This document shows, piece by piece, positions 25,926 to 39,139 of a DNA stretch of 64,000 nucleotides; within the stretch, counting starts at the first letter, position 1; the number at the start of each line of letters is the position of its first letter. The notes beneath the pieces were generated by a model. It saw nothing but the letters and a program-made list of their open reading frames with translations, had not been told where the DNA came from and searched no databases. The position numbers and the translations under genes are program-made. The DNA comes from Mobula hypostoma (Eukaryota), in the NCBI RefSeq assembly GCF_963921235.1, contig NC_086103.1, positions 87,668,001-87,732,000 of the forward strand, written 5' to 3'.

Positions 25926-28815
25926 ACCATAATGTATAGGAGCAGAATTAGGCTGTCTGGCCCATTGAGTCTGCTCCGTCATTTAATCATGGCTGATCCT
26001 TTTATTTTCTCTTCCTTAACCCCAGTTCCTGGCCTTCTCCCCATAACCTTTGATGCCATGTCCAATCAAGAAGCTATCAGTCACTGCCTTAAATACACCC
26101 AATGACCTGGCCTCCGCAGCTGTGTGTGGCAATAGATTCCACAAATTCACCACCCTCTGGCTAAAAAGAAGTTTATTTGTACCTCTGTTTTGAAAGGGCC
26201 CTCTATCCTGAGACTGTGCCCTCTTGTCCTAGACTCTTCCACCATGGGAAACGTCCTTTCCACATCTACTCTGTCTAGGCCTTTCAACATTTGAAAGGTT
26301 TCAATGAGATCCCCCCTCATCCTTCTGAATTCCAGCGAGTACAGACCCAGAGCCATCAAACGTCCCTTTCATTCCTGGAATCATCCTTGTGAATCTCCTC
26401 TGGACCCTCTCCAAGCCAGCGGATTTTTTATAAGATAAGGGGTCCAAAACTGTTCACAATACTCAAGGTGAAGCCTCACCAGTGCCTTATAAACCCTTAC
26501 ATCCTTACTCTTGCATTCTAGACATCTTGAAATGAATGCTAACATGGTATTTGCCTTCCTGACCACTGACTCAACCTACAAGTTACCCTTTAGGGTGTTC
26601 TACACAAGGACTCCCAAGTCCCTTTGCATCTCAGATTTTTGGATTTTCTCCCCGTTTAGAAAATAGTCTGCACATTTATTTCTACTACCAAAGTGCATGA
26701 CCATACATTTTCTAACATTATATTTCATTTGCCAGTTTCTTGCCCATTCTCCTAATCTGTATAAGTCCTTATGCATCCTAACTGTTTCCTCAATACTACC
26801 TGCCCCTCCACCAACCTTCATATCATCTGCAAACTTGTCAACAAAGCCATCTATTCCATCATCTAAATTATTTATATACAGCATCAAAAGAAGTGGTCCC
26901 AACATCGACCCCTGCAGAATACCACTAGTCACTGGCAGCTAACCAGAAAATGATCCTGTTATTCCCACTTGCCTCCTACCAATCAGCTAATGCTCTAACC
27001 ATGTTAGTAATTTTCCTGTAATAACGAGCTCTTAACTTGGTAAGCAGCCTCATGTGTGGCACCTTGCCAAAGGCCTTCTGAAAGTCCAAATATACCACAT
27101 CCACTGCATCCCCTTTACCTATCCTACTTGTAATCTCCTCAAAGAATTCCAACAGGTTTGTCAGGCAGGATTTTCCTTGAAGTAAACCATGCTGACTTTG
27201 TACTATCTGGTCCTGTGTCACCAAGTACTCCATCACCTCATCCTTAACAATTGACTCTAATGTGTTCCCAACCACTGAGGTCAGACTAACTGGTCTATAA
27301 CTTCCTTTCTGCTGCCTTCCTCCTTTCTTAAAGAATGGAGTGACATTTGTAATGTTCCAGTCCTTTGGCAGCATGTCAGAATCCAATGATTTTTGAAAGA
27401 TCATTTCTAATGCCACCACAATCTCTAACACTACCTCTTTCAGAACCCCAAGGTGCAGTTCATCCGGTCCGGATGACTTATGTACCTTTAGGTCTTTCAG
27501 CTTTTTGAGCACCTTCTCTCTTGTAATAGTAACTGCACCCACTTCTCTTCCTTCACACACTGTAACATCAGGCATACTGCTAGTGTCTTCCACAGTGAAG
27601 ACTGATGCAAAATACTTATTTAGTTCATCTTCCATCTCCTTGTCTCCCATTATTATTTCTCCTGACTCATTTTCTAGCGGCCCTATGTCCACTCACATTT
27701 CTCTTTTATTTTTAACATACTTGAAAAAACTTTTAATATCCACTTTGATATTATTTGCTAGCTTGCTTTCATATTTCATCTTTACCCTTCAAATGATTTT
27801 TTTAGTTGCTCTCTGTAGGTTTTTTAAAACATCCCAATCCTCTATCTTCCCAATAATTTTTGCTTTGTTGTATGCCCTTTCTTTTGCTTTTACAATAGCT
27901 TTGATTTTCCTTGTCAGCTGCAGTTATACTATTTTACAATTTGAGTATTTCTTCATTTTTGGAATATGTATGACCTGCACCTTCCTCATTTTTCCCAAAG
28001 ATGCATGCCATTGCTGCTCTGCAGACATCCCTGCCAGCAGCTCCTTCTAATTTAACTTAGCCAACTCCTCTCTCATACCACTATAATTTCCCTTACTCCA
28101 CTGGAATACTGTTACATCAGACTTTACTTCCTCCCTATCAAATTTCAAGTTGAACTCAATCATATTGTGATCACTGGCTCCTAAGGGTTCTTTTACCTTA
28201 AGCTCCCTACTCGCCTCTGGTTCACTGCATAACACCCAATCCAGTATAGCTGATCTCCTAGTAAACTCAATGACAAACTGCTCTAAAAAGCCATCTTTTA
28301 GGCATTCAACAAACTCACTCTCTTGAGATCCATTACCAATCTGATTTTCCCCATCGACCTGGATGTTAAAATCACCCATGACTACCATAACATTGCCTTT
28401 TTGACATGCCTTTTCTATTTCCTATTGTAATCTGTGGTCCATCTCCCAACCACTGTTGGGAGGCCTGTATATAACTGCCATCAATGTGCTTTTACCTTTG
28501 CAGTTTCTTAACTTAACCCACAAGGATTCAACATCTTCTGATCCTATGTCACATCTTTCTACTGATTTGATGCCATTTTTACCAGTAGAGTCACACCACC
28601 CCCTTTGCCTATCTTCCTATCCCTCCAATATAACGCGTAACCTTGGACATTCAGCTCCCAACTACAACCATTCTTCAGTCACAATTCAGTGATGACTACA
28701 ACATCATACCTGACAATCTGTAATACAGCAACAAGATCATCCACCTTATTTCATATACTAGGCGCATTTAGATATAACACCTTGAGTACCGTATTTGCTA
28801 TCCTTTTTTTATTCT
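25926..28815 (-). mobile_element. CR1 LINE ORF2 (APE-RT), decayed
   Basis: LYLNA, MGDFN, SDHNMI, YRPVSLTS, YLDFQKAF and KFADD fragments across frameshifts. Confidence 0.92.
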
Positions 28816-28962
28816 GCATCCCTAATGCTTTGATACTCCTTGTGCCCCTCCCTAATCTTTGATATGGAGGATGAAGAGATTCATCCAAAGAAGAAAATGG
28901 TTTTACAAAAAGCAACAAATGGAAGAAAAAAGGCCCTTTTTCTTTAATCCTGCTGAAGAATA

Positions 28963-31403
28963 TTAGAAACATAGAAACATAGAAAACCTACAGCACAATA
29001 AAGGCCCTTTGGCCCACAATGCTGTGCTGAACATGTACTTACTTTAGAAATTACCTAGGGTTACCCATAGCCCTCTATTTTTCTAAGCTCCATGTACCTA
29101 TCCAAGAATCCCCTAAAAGACCCTATCGTATCTCTCCACCACCACCACTGGCAGCCCATTCCACGCACTCACCATTCCCTGTTAAAAAAACGCACAGGAC
29201 ATCTCCTCTGTACCTGCTTCCAAGTACGTAAAAACTGTACCCTCTCGTGTAAGCTATTTCAGTCCTGGAAAAAAGCCTCTGTCTGACTATCCACACGATC
29301 AATGCCTCTCAGCATTTTATACACCTCTATCAGGTCACCTCTCATCCTTTGTCGCTCCAAGAAGAAAAGGCTGACTTCACTCAACCTATTTTCATAAGGC
29401 ATGCTCCCCAATCCAGGCAACATTCTTGTAAATCTCCTCTGCACCCTTTCTATGGTTATCACATCCTTCCTATGGTGAGGTGACCAGAACTGAACAGAGT
29501 ACTCCAAGTGGAGTCTGACCAGGGTTCTATATAGCTGTAACATTACCTCTCGGCTCTTGAACTCAGTCCCATGGTTGATGAAGGCCAATACACCATAAGC
29601 CTTTTTAACCACAGTCAACCTGCGCAGCAGATTTGAGTGTCCTATGGACTCAGACCGCAACTTCCCTCTGATCCTCCAAGAGTGTTACCATTAATACTAT
29701 ATTCTGCCATCATATTTGACCTACAAAAATGAACCACCTCACACTTATCTGAGTTGAACTCCATCTGCCACTTCTCAGCCCAGTTTTGCATTCTATCAAT
29801 GTCCCGCTGTAACCTCTGACAGCCCTCCACACTATCCATAACACCCCCAACCTTTGTGTCATCAGCAAATTTATTAACCCATCCCTCCACTTCCTCATCC
29901 AGGTCATTTATAAAAATCACGAAGAGAAGGGGTCCCAGAACAGATCCTTGAGGCACATCACTGGTCACCTACCTCCATGCAGAATATGATCCGTCTACAA
30001 CCACTCTTTGCCTTCTGTAGGCAAGTCAGTTCTGGATCCACAAATAAATATCTCCTTGGATCCCATTCCTCCTTACATTCCCAATAAGCCTTGCATGGGG
30101 TACCTTATAAAATGTCTTGCTGAAATCCATATACATTACATCTACTGCTCTACCTTCATCAATGTGTTTAGTCACATCCTAAAAAAATTCAGTCAGGCTT
30201 ATAAGGCACAACCTGCCTTTGACAACGTCATCCTGATTCTTCCTAATCAGATTATGCCTCTCCAAATGTTCATAAATTCTGCCTCTCAGGATCTTTTCCA
30301 TTAACTTACCAACCACTGAAGTAAGACTCACTGGTCTATAATTTCCTGGGCTATCTCTACTCCCTTTCTTGAATAAGGGAACAACACCTGCAACCCTCCA
30401 ATCCTCCAGAACCTCTCCCATCTATTGATGATGCAAAGATCATTGCCAGAGGCTCAGCGATCTCCTCCCTTGCCTCCCACAGTAGCCTGGGGTATATCTC
30501 ATCCGGTCCCGGTGACTTGTCCAACTTGATGCTTTCCAAAAGCTCCAGCACATCCTCTTTCTTAATGTCTATATACTCAAGCTTTTCAGTCCACTGTAAG
30601 TCATCCCTACAATCACCAAGATCCTTTTCCGTAGTGAATACTGAAGCAAAGTATTCATTAAGTACCTCTGCTATATCCTTCGGTTCCATACACACTTTTC
30701 CACTGTCACACTTGATTGGGCCTATTCTCTCACATCTTATTCTCTTGCTCTTCACATACTTGTAGAATGTGTTGGAGTTTTCCTTAATCCTGCTCACCAA
30801 GGTCTTCTCATGGCCCCTTCTGGCTCTCCTAATTGCATTCTTAAACTCCTTTCTGCTAGCCTTATAATCTTCTAGATCTCTATCATCACCTAGTTTTTTG
30901 AATCTTTCGTAAGCTTTTCTTTTCTTCTTAACTAGATTTTCAACAGAATTTGTACACCATGATTCAAGTACCCCACCATCCTTCCCGTGTCATTGGAACG
31001 TACCTATGTAGAATTCCACGCAAATATCTCCTGAATATTTGCCACATTTCTGCTGTACATTTCCCTGAGAACATCTGTTCCCAATTTATGCTTCCAAGTT
31101 CCTGCTTGATAGCTTCATATTTCCCCTTACTCCAATTAAATGCTTTCCTAAGTTGTTTGCTCCTATCCCTCTCCAATGCTTTGGTAAAGGAGTTAGAATT
31201 GTGATCACTATCTCCAAAATGCCTCCCACTGAGAGACCTGACACCTAACCAGGTTCATTTCTCAATACCAGATCAAGTACAGGCTCTCCTCTTGTAGGCT
31301 TATCTATATATTGTGTCAGAAAACCTTCCCGAACACACCTAACAAATTCCACCCCATCTAAACCCCTTGCTCTAGGGAGATGCCAATCAATGTTCGGGAA
31401 ATT
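28963..31403 (-). mobile_element. CR1 LINE (second subfamily), 5'-truncated
   Basis: KSPGPD, NYRPVSLTS, PQGSVLGP, KFADD; (tttctatg)n tail at 28963. Confidence 0.92.
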
Positions 31404-31880
31404 GCAATGGACTTTTTCAAGCTGTTAATCTCCTATCCATAACCAAGATGCCGTGCTGCAATAGATTGGTATATTTGCAACAATGTAAAATGCTAAACTG
31501 AAAGATAATAGAATGAGGATTCACACATGGGAAAAATGAAAACTGCATTTTTGGAAGCAAAGCTGGTCAGGCAAACAAACCTCCTATCTGGATGATTTTT
31601 CATTTAATTTCTGACCTGTGCTGTCTCAACTGATTTTGATGATAAGAGCTTAGTCATAAAGACAGATAAATTAGCAGAAGTTTCTAGTTCCAATTCTCAA
31701 TGATGATCCTGTACTCATGACCATGATGTGTGATGATAGGACTTGTTGCGATATCACCTTCTTTACCCCCAGTAGCTTTAGTGGATCTGAGCAAGTGTAA
31801 CAATTACAAAATTTAGGGAGGAAGTCGTTCAATCTATCCTGCCTGCACCAGTTCTTTGAAAGAGCTGACCATTCAGTCCT

Positions 31881-32006
31881 TCCGACAGGTCTCGGCCCGA
31901 AAAGTCGACTGTACCTTTTTACATTGCTGCTGCCTGGCCTGCTGAGTTCCTTCAGCATTTTGTGTGCGTTGCTTTGATTTCCTGCATCTGTAGATTCTAA
32001 TGCTTA
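31881..32006 (+). mobile_element. Solo PLE terminal repeat (about 126 bp) with TSD and degenerate hammerhead
   Basis: 13-bp TSD accattcagtcct at 31868-31880 and 32007-32019. Confidence 0.8.
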
Positions 32007-34739
32007 ACCATTCAGTCCTACTGTTGCCTTCCTCTGAACACTTTGTAAATCTCCCCTTTTCCTTTTTGCATATAAATAACTTTCCCTCATAGAATTACTA
32101 TCATCTCCAGTTGCTCTATATCATTACAGAATTATATTCAAGTTTAGTGTAACTCAATGTCCAAAAAAAATCTCATCATATTTCTGTTCCTTAGGCTTAA
32201 AGTGCACCCTGTGGTATCGGGGAATCAGCTTTTTCTTATTTACTCTATTAAATTGATTTTGAACATTTTTCTAAATCCTTTCCTGCTTAAAGGTGGTTCT
32301 CCAGCCTCTGAAATCAGAAGCAACCGAGAAACTCAAAGCCCTGTCCCTGGTAACATTCTTGTAAATCTCCTGAGAATCCTCTTCAGAGCACTGTTATCCA
32401 GGCTCAAAGAAATGCAATCATTCTGTGCAGATGACTATGGAAGTAGCATTCTCTGGCACTTTCACACCATTTATGATTCCTGACACAATAACCTGTGTAG
32501 GAAAATTCAAACTGGTCACTGAGCATGCCTTCCTGCTCAGACACACTTTAATGAGAATCCTTCAATTTACACCACGGTTCCCAAGCAGATGGTGCCACAG
32601 ACAGTGACGCCCAAATAAACTGCCTGTGTAAGGTAGTTATCCTGAAGAGTGTAAATTTGTAAATTTGCTGAGATTGATCCTGGCTGTTGCTTTAGAATAC
32701 GTTACACAATCACAAATGCTTTTATATTTTAAAAAAAACAATCTGTAGGGTCATGCTGAAATTCTCCATTTTATTTCAGCTTTTAAAATTCTCAGCTGTG
32801 GGAGCCCCAAAATGTGGGGTTCAATTTGTTTAGATGGCAGGCTGCATTGTTCACAGTTGTGAGTCACTTCCCTTGTTGGTTAACCTCCTGTCCCAGCAGA
32901 CTCTGGCTCTCGGGAGACTGACTTGCCTCTGAGTTGGGAAGCTGTGGTTTCAAGCTGTCTTTCAGATGAAGTGATAAACCAAGCCTCCACATGGTTGTTT
33001 TTGGAAGGAAGGAAGAGTCCTATTGCTTTCTATACAGAGTGCCTGGGGAAATTTTCTCCTATTTCCTCACTAACATTTATCTCAGTCAACACAGTAAAAA
33101 ACAGATGATTTGCCCATTTATCCAAACACTCTTTGAGGGAGATTTCCATATGTTGTAATTTACATATGAAAGCCATTCACTGATTGTGATAATCTTTGGA
33201 ACATACCAATGATTTCAAAGCTGTCATATGTACTACCCAGCTTTTTGTTTTCTTTCTCTCATTGGGCATAAAGGACACAGACTTTAAAAATAATGTTCAG
33301 GATATGGGTGTCACTGTCCAGCACTTACTGACCATCACTTAGACTTTAAACAATTGCACAACTGTTGTGTTTTAATAGGATGTGCAAATATAAAGCAGTA
33401 TTGTATAATAAAGTTCCAACCTGCTTATGTTAACACTACTTGGCCTGAGTAAACTTTGTTAATGTAAGAGGTTCTCAACATTACTGACTAAAGTTAATTG
33501 GATGGGGCATGCAGTCAGCATGTCCCTGTGTTTCTTTCATCATGCTTGAATGTCCAATAGGAAAGGTGGTATGCACACCAAGACCTCTATGCAACATGTA
33601 TTATTGACTGCCAATTAAAACCACCACAGCCAGCTCAAGTCTGACAACACAGACAGGAACAATTAATTTCTATTTGCTATATCGAGGGTGCAAAAATCGG
33701 TACAGCACGCAGCATGATTTTTCAGCACAGCGTGTTTGTTCCAGCTGATTGAAAGAGCAATCCAATTAATACTTCTCCCCTGCCCTGAAAATGCCTCATT
33801 TACAAGTATATATCACTATTTTGCTACTTGAGTTTTCTCCTGAATCTGCTTTCACCATCCTTTTGGTCAAATCTTAACAACTCACTGTATAAAGTAATTT
33901 TACATTACACACTTTTGGAGTTTTTGTCCATTATATTAAATCTGTATATTTTGAATATTGATCTGACATCTCAGCTGTTATGGTATGATGAGGTCTATTC
34001 AGTGTCAAGGACACCTTCATGAGCTCTGTTAAATGGGACTTTCTAGGTTTAAATGTTACCTCAAATGTTAACTCGTGTTTCTTCCGACAGATATGGCCTG
34101 ACCAGATGAGAGTTCTTTGCATTTTCTCCCCCTCAATTTGACAGGTAGTGAAGTCCCAGCTCAGCTGATGGATTCCACATGGAGTGGCACATTGCAACAG
34201 GTTGAGAAATTATTTGTGGCACTCGAGTAGTTGGGTGGTGTTGGCGAGGTGTGAGAGAGAAGACCTAATATTTCTGCAGCTTGCAGAGATGTTAAATGCC
34301 AGTATTTCAACTTTGATCTCTGACATTTCCCAGCATGTTCCTTCAACTTACATCACAAAACGTTTAGGTTATCCAAATATATCGCTTTGCTGTGATGTCA
34401 TGTAACTGCACTCCAAAGAACCGCCTCCTAGCCCGTAATGTAGTTTGGATGTTGAAATACATGTATAACAGTGTCTTTCTTGTAGACTGTGCAGAGGCCT
34501 CTCTCCCTGTAACAACAAATTTTCCTATCCCTTGTGGGATACAATGGAGGATCTCAATTTATATGAAAAGATATGAAGACTGACCTATCTTCTATTATTA
34601 TTTTGGCATCAGCATTGCCAAATTATCTCAAACAGAATTTGATAGACACTTTAGCCCAGGGTGAAATGTCAGCATGGATCTGTTAAAAGCAAGTCATATC
34701 TGACCAGCTGCACTGTGTTTCTGATGAAATATGTGAGGG

Positions 34740-36160
34740 TTGGAGTCATAAGGCTCAGCAACATCCTTTCAGCCCAATGTGGTCATGTCAACCATTAGAA
34801 CACATCTACAGTAGTCCCATTTCCTAGTGCTTGGTCCATAGCCTTGGCAATTTAATTGTTTCTCTAGATATTTTGTAAATGTTGTGAAAGTCTCTGTCAC
34901 CACCACCTAGCTGGACAGTTCATTCCAGAGTCCAAGCACTCTCTGAGTGAAAAGAAAGCTTCTTCAAATGCCCTCTAATCCTATTATCTCTTACTCTAAA
35001 ACTAAATCCTCTAGTTTTGGAGGATTCAGTTTTGGAGGCAAAAAAACTAACTACCCTATCTATGCCCCTCACTAACGAGTTAATGAGGGAAATGTGTTTA
35101 ATGCATAACTTGCAAAAGGGAATGTGATGCTTGTCTTCAAGGTTGAAGGGCATGAAATAGAAAGGATTGCAATGGGATGGGCAGAGTAATGAAAGAGTGC
35201 TTTTGAACTGGAGAGAGGTGTACAGTGCCTTTGCTCTTAACATATACTAATGAATTGAACGGAACACGTAGGATACAATTTCCAAAGTTATATTTTGCAC
35301 AAAAGTTGTTAGAGGCATATGGAACTGGAAGGAGGATAGTAAAAAAAACTTTGGGATAGAAGCAGACTGGTGAAATGCAGGGATAGTTAGCAGATGAGTG
35401 CTAATGCTAAGAAATGAGAGGAGTTCATTTTGGAAGGAGCAATGAGAGAGGGCAATATGAACTGGAGGGTTACTAAAACAGATCTGCACAAGTTCACTAA
35501 AAGTTTAAGAGCAACACACGAGCTGCTGAAGGAACTTAGTGGACCAGACAGCATCTATGGAGGAAACTGGATAATTGACATTTCAGATTCAGATCATTCA
35601 TCCAGACTGAGCAGTCTAAGACCATGATTAAAAAAGCACACCAGCTCCTGAACTTTATAAACAGAGGAATTGACTACAAGAGCAAAGAAGTTACTATTGT
35701 AAAACAGTATTTTAGCCACAACTCCAATTCTGACTATCAATCTTTAGGAAATAGATAAGGGTTTTCAAAAGAGTGTAGAGGAAACTTACTAAAATGATCC
35801 CAGTTCTTACTTACACAAATAGACCAGACAAGCTAGTGTTACTCTCCTTGGAACTGAGGATGTTCTGACATTGATGTGTATATTTGAAGTCATGAAGGAT
35901 AAAGTACGCAGTATATGGAGAGAACCAGCTGATGTTGGTGGAGGGGTTAACAGCTCAGGAAGATTGAATTCAGATGATTGGTAAAAGGACAAAAAACAAC
36001 ATGAGGAATAATGCCTTATACTGCCAAGGATAGTAAGGAGGCAGATCTAATTATGTGTTCAAAAGGAAGCTGAATGAGTGGCTGAAAGGAAAGAATTTGT
36101 TGGGTTGAGGGGAGAAAGTGGGATCAACCAGAATGCTCTTGTATTGAGCTGCTATGGGCT
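34740..36160. mobile_element. Old CR1 fragments in both orientations with a nested PLE terminal repeat (about 35475-35610)
   Basis: Degenerate similarity to the CR1 and PLE copies elsewhere in the window. Confidence 0.55.
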
Positions 36161-36547
36161 TTGGGGAGTAAACATGGGAGGAAAGAGACTAGTAGGGGGC
36201 AGGGAAGATGTATAGTTGGCCATGTTCAAATTCTACGCTGTGCTGATCACCATTGGGTGTGCGACAATGGATTATAGCAGGTGAGGAAAGGCAACCTGGA
36301 ACCCCACTCTGGGTCAGTGATTGCTCCTGGAAAATGCTTGCAAGTGGATGCTCAGCAGGTCTGAAGCCCTTGTGGTTCTTTTTTATTTTAAAGGTAAATT
36401 TAATTTATAATAAAAATACATGAAAGAAAAGCCTTTTACATTCATGGTCAATGCAGTCAAGAGTTAACTTCCTCATAACCATAACAACGTTGCCGCTCAT
36501 TTGGCTCAGTTGGAAGATCAACTATTTCAGTGTTTGAGGGCTTCCAA

Positions 36548-37635
36548 AGTTCAAAGTAAATTTATTATCAAAGTACATATATGTGTCCATACACAACCCT
36601 GAGATTCATTTTCTTGCAGGCATACTCAGTAAATCCAATAGCCATAATAGAATCAACAAAAGACTGCATCAACAGGGCAGACAACCAGTGTGCAAAAGAC
36701 AACAAACTAATAGAAAAAGAAAGAGAATAATTAAATAAATATATAAACAAGCAAACAAACAGACAAATAAATAAATAAATAAGCAATAAATATTGAGAAG
36801 ATGAGATGACGGATCTTAAATCTATGGGAAAAATTCAATGATGAGGTAAGTGAAGCTGAGTGGTTATTCCCTTTGGTTCCGGAGCCTGATGATTGAGGGG
36901 TAGTAACTATTCCAGAATCTAGTAATGTGAGTTCTGAGACTCCTTCCTGATGGCAGCAGTGAGAAGAAAGCAAGATCTGGGTGGTGGGGGTCCCTGATGA
37001 TGGATGCTGCTTTCCTGCGACAGCGCTCCATGTAGATATGCTCAATGGTGGGGAGGGCTTTACCTGTGATGGACTGGGCTGTATCCACTATTTTTGTAAG
37101 ATTTTCTGTTTAAGGACATTGGCATTTCCATACCAGACTGAGAGGCAGTCAGTCAATATACTTTCAACCATAGATCTACAGAAATTTGTCAAAGTTTTAG
37201 ATGTCATGCCGACGTTTCCAAACTCCTAAAGACTAGAGGAACTGCCATGCTTTCTTTGTAATTGCACTTGTTTGCTGGGTTCAGGCCAGGTCCTCTGGAA
37301 TGATAACATCAAGAAATTTAAAGTTGTTGACCCTCCCCACTTCTGATTCCCCAATGAGGACCAGCTCAGGGACCTCCGGTTTCCTTCTCCTGAGGTCAAT
37401 AATCAGATCCTTGATCTTGCTGACGTTAAGTAAGAGATTTTTTTTGTGGCACCACTCAGCCAGATTTTCAATCTCCCTCCTATTTGCTGATTCATCACCA
37501 CCTAGCTATTCGGCTTATCTCAGTGATGTTGTCAGCACAATTAAATATGGCATTGGAGCTGTGCTTGGCCATACAGCTGTAAGTGTAAAGTGAGTAGAAC
37601 AGGGGGCTAAGCACACTGCCTTGTGGTGATGGAGA
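36548..37635 (-). mobile_element. Rex1/Babar-like LINE 3' part
   Basis: TAQSITGKALPTIEHIYMERCRRKAASIIRDPHHP; (tttgaa)-type tail. Confidence 0.75.
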
Positions 37636-37639
37636 TCCC

Positions 37640-37925
37640 TACCCGATTCAGTCCCTCATATGTGCAGTAGCAGGAGCCTACACTCTGGTCTTTCCTGACA
37701 GAGCCTTTTCCTACCAAGCTTCAGTGCAGCCCTCAGCATATACTCCTGTGCCAGTCTGTGGCACTCCCTGACAGACATCTCTGTGCTGGCAGATCAACAA
37801 ATTTCAGGTAGATCACAGAGTGCCTTTCACCAAGTTGATGTTGTTACAGCAACACTTGACGTCTGTCTCAGTGCATGGCGCTGGGAAAAGCCCATATATC
37901 AGGCAGTCCTCTGTTGTGCAGCTGT
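37640..37925 (-). mobile_element. Probable Tx1-like LINE ORF2 C-terminal fragment
   Basis: Decayed EDCLIYGLFP..TETDVKCC...INLVKGTL...QEYMLRAALKLG; resemblance is from recall. Confidence 0.45.
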
Positions 37926-39139
37926 TTAGAATATTAGAGACAAGGATCCTAGCATTCTTTTCTGCACTCTGTTAGTCTGCAAAGAGGTGGGTGACTGTCT
38001 CTCTACTGCAACTGTCCCGAGGGCTGTGTGCATGGGATGAGGGAAAGGGGTTGAATAATACAGAAGGAACATCCTTTCAGCTCCTCAAGTTTGTTCTGCT
38101 CTTCTCTGCTCATATTTACATTAAATGCTTCGTCATTGAAAACAGCCCATCAGGGCACAGAGCCCAAAGGCAGCGGAAGCCCATGGGACAGGATGCTTAG
38201 ATAAATCAACAACTTCAGCAGAGGAGAAACAGGAGGGAAATAGAGATGTGCTTTGGGCAACAACACAAGTGCTGCTGAAGCATGACAGAAGCCATGTTAC
38301 CTACTCACACCTTTCAGTCAGCTCTTCATTAGTCATACCTTAATGGGTCTCTCTGCAGCAAAAACAGTGAATCCACTTGTTTCCTAACCAAATGGCAGGT
38401 TTTTGCCTATTTCTTGATCTGTTGTAATAGTAAATCTTCTTTTGGCAAGATTTCCTGAATAATACTGTCATTATTTACTACAGTTTCACTAGGAAAAACA
38501 ATATATCCCCACTTCAAAATTAGATGATAAATCGGGGTTTGTACTATATTTTCAGTCTGAAACCCATTGCCTTCTGCTGCAGTGTTATCTTGCCAAAACA
38601 TTTGAATCAGTTCAGTTTGTAAGGGCTAGAAAGGATTGAATGCATTCTCTGGAGGACCTGGAGTGAGAGAATCATTAAGGATGTTAATTCTATACAAGAA
38701 AACTGGGTTAGAAGTCTGGCACCTATGAATAGGACCAATGTTGATGCATTTTTTTCAGTTTTAACTAAGCAACGCCTTTGCAATTAATCTATAATTAGCA
38801 GAGATTAAAAGAGAAAGCAAAAATGCAAATGACAGGAAATCAAGAATCAAATGAGAAATTTCTGCCCTTTGTCTCTCCTGCTTTTGCTTTGAGCAAAGAT
38901 TTCTCTGCTGATTTCATCTTCTTGTCTAAAGCTTCCCCAATTCTCTTCACTGCTCCCTCTGGTCCAATTGCTCACTCCAAATCATTTTATTGCACACTGC
39001 CACCCACAATATCAGCTGTGTTTCTCAAATCCTTTTACACACTAGTCTATCGTCCTCTCAATTTCTGGCTCCTGTTTATCAGCCAATGGCGCCAGTCATG
39101 ATTCAGTTAGTTATAATCAGAAGTGTAGTTATGGATGAG

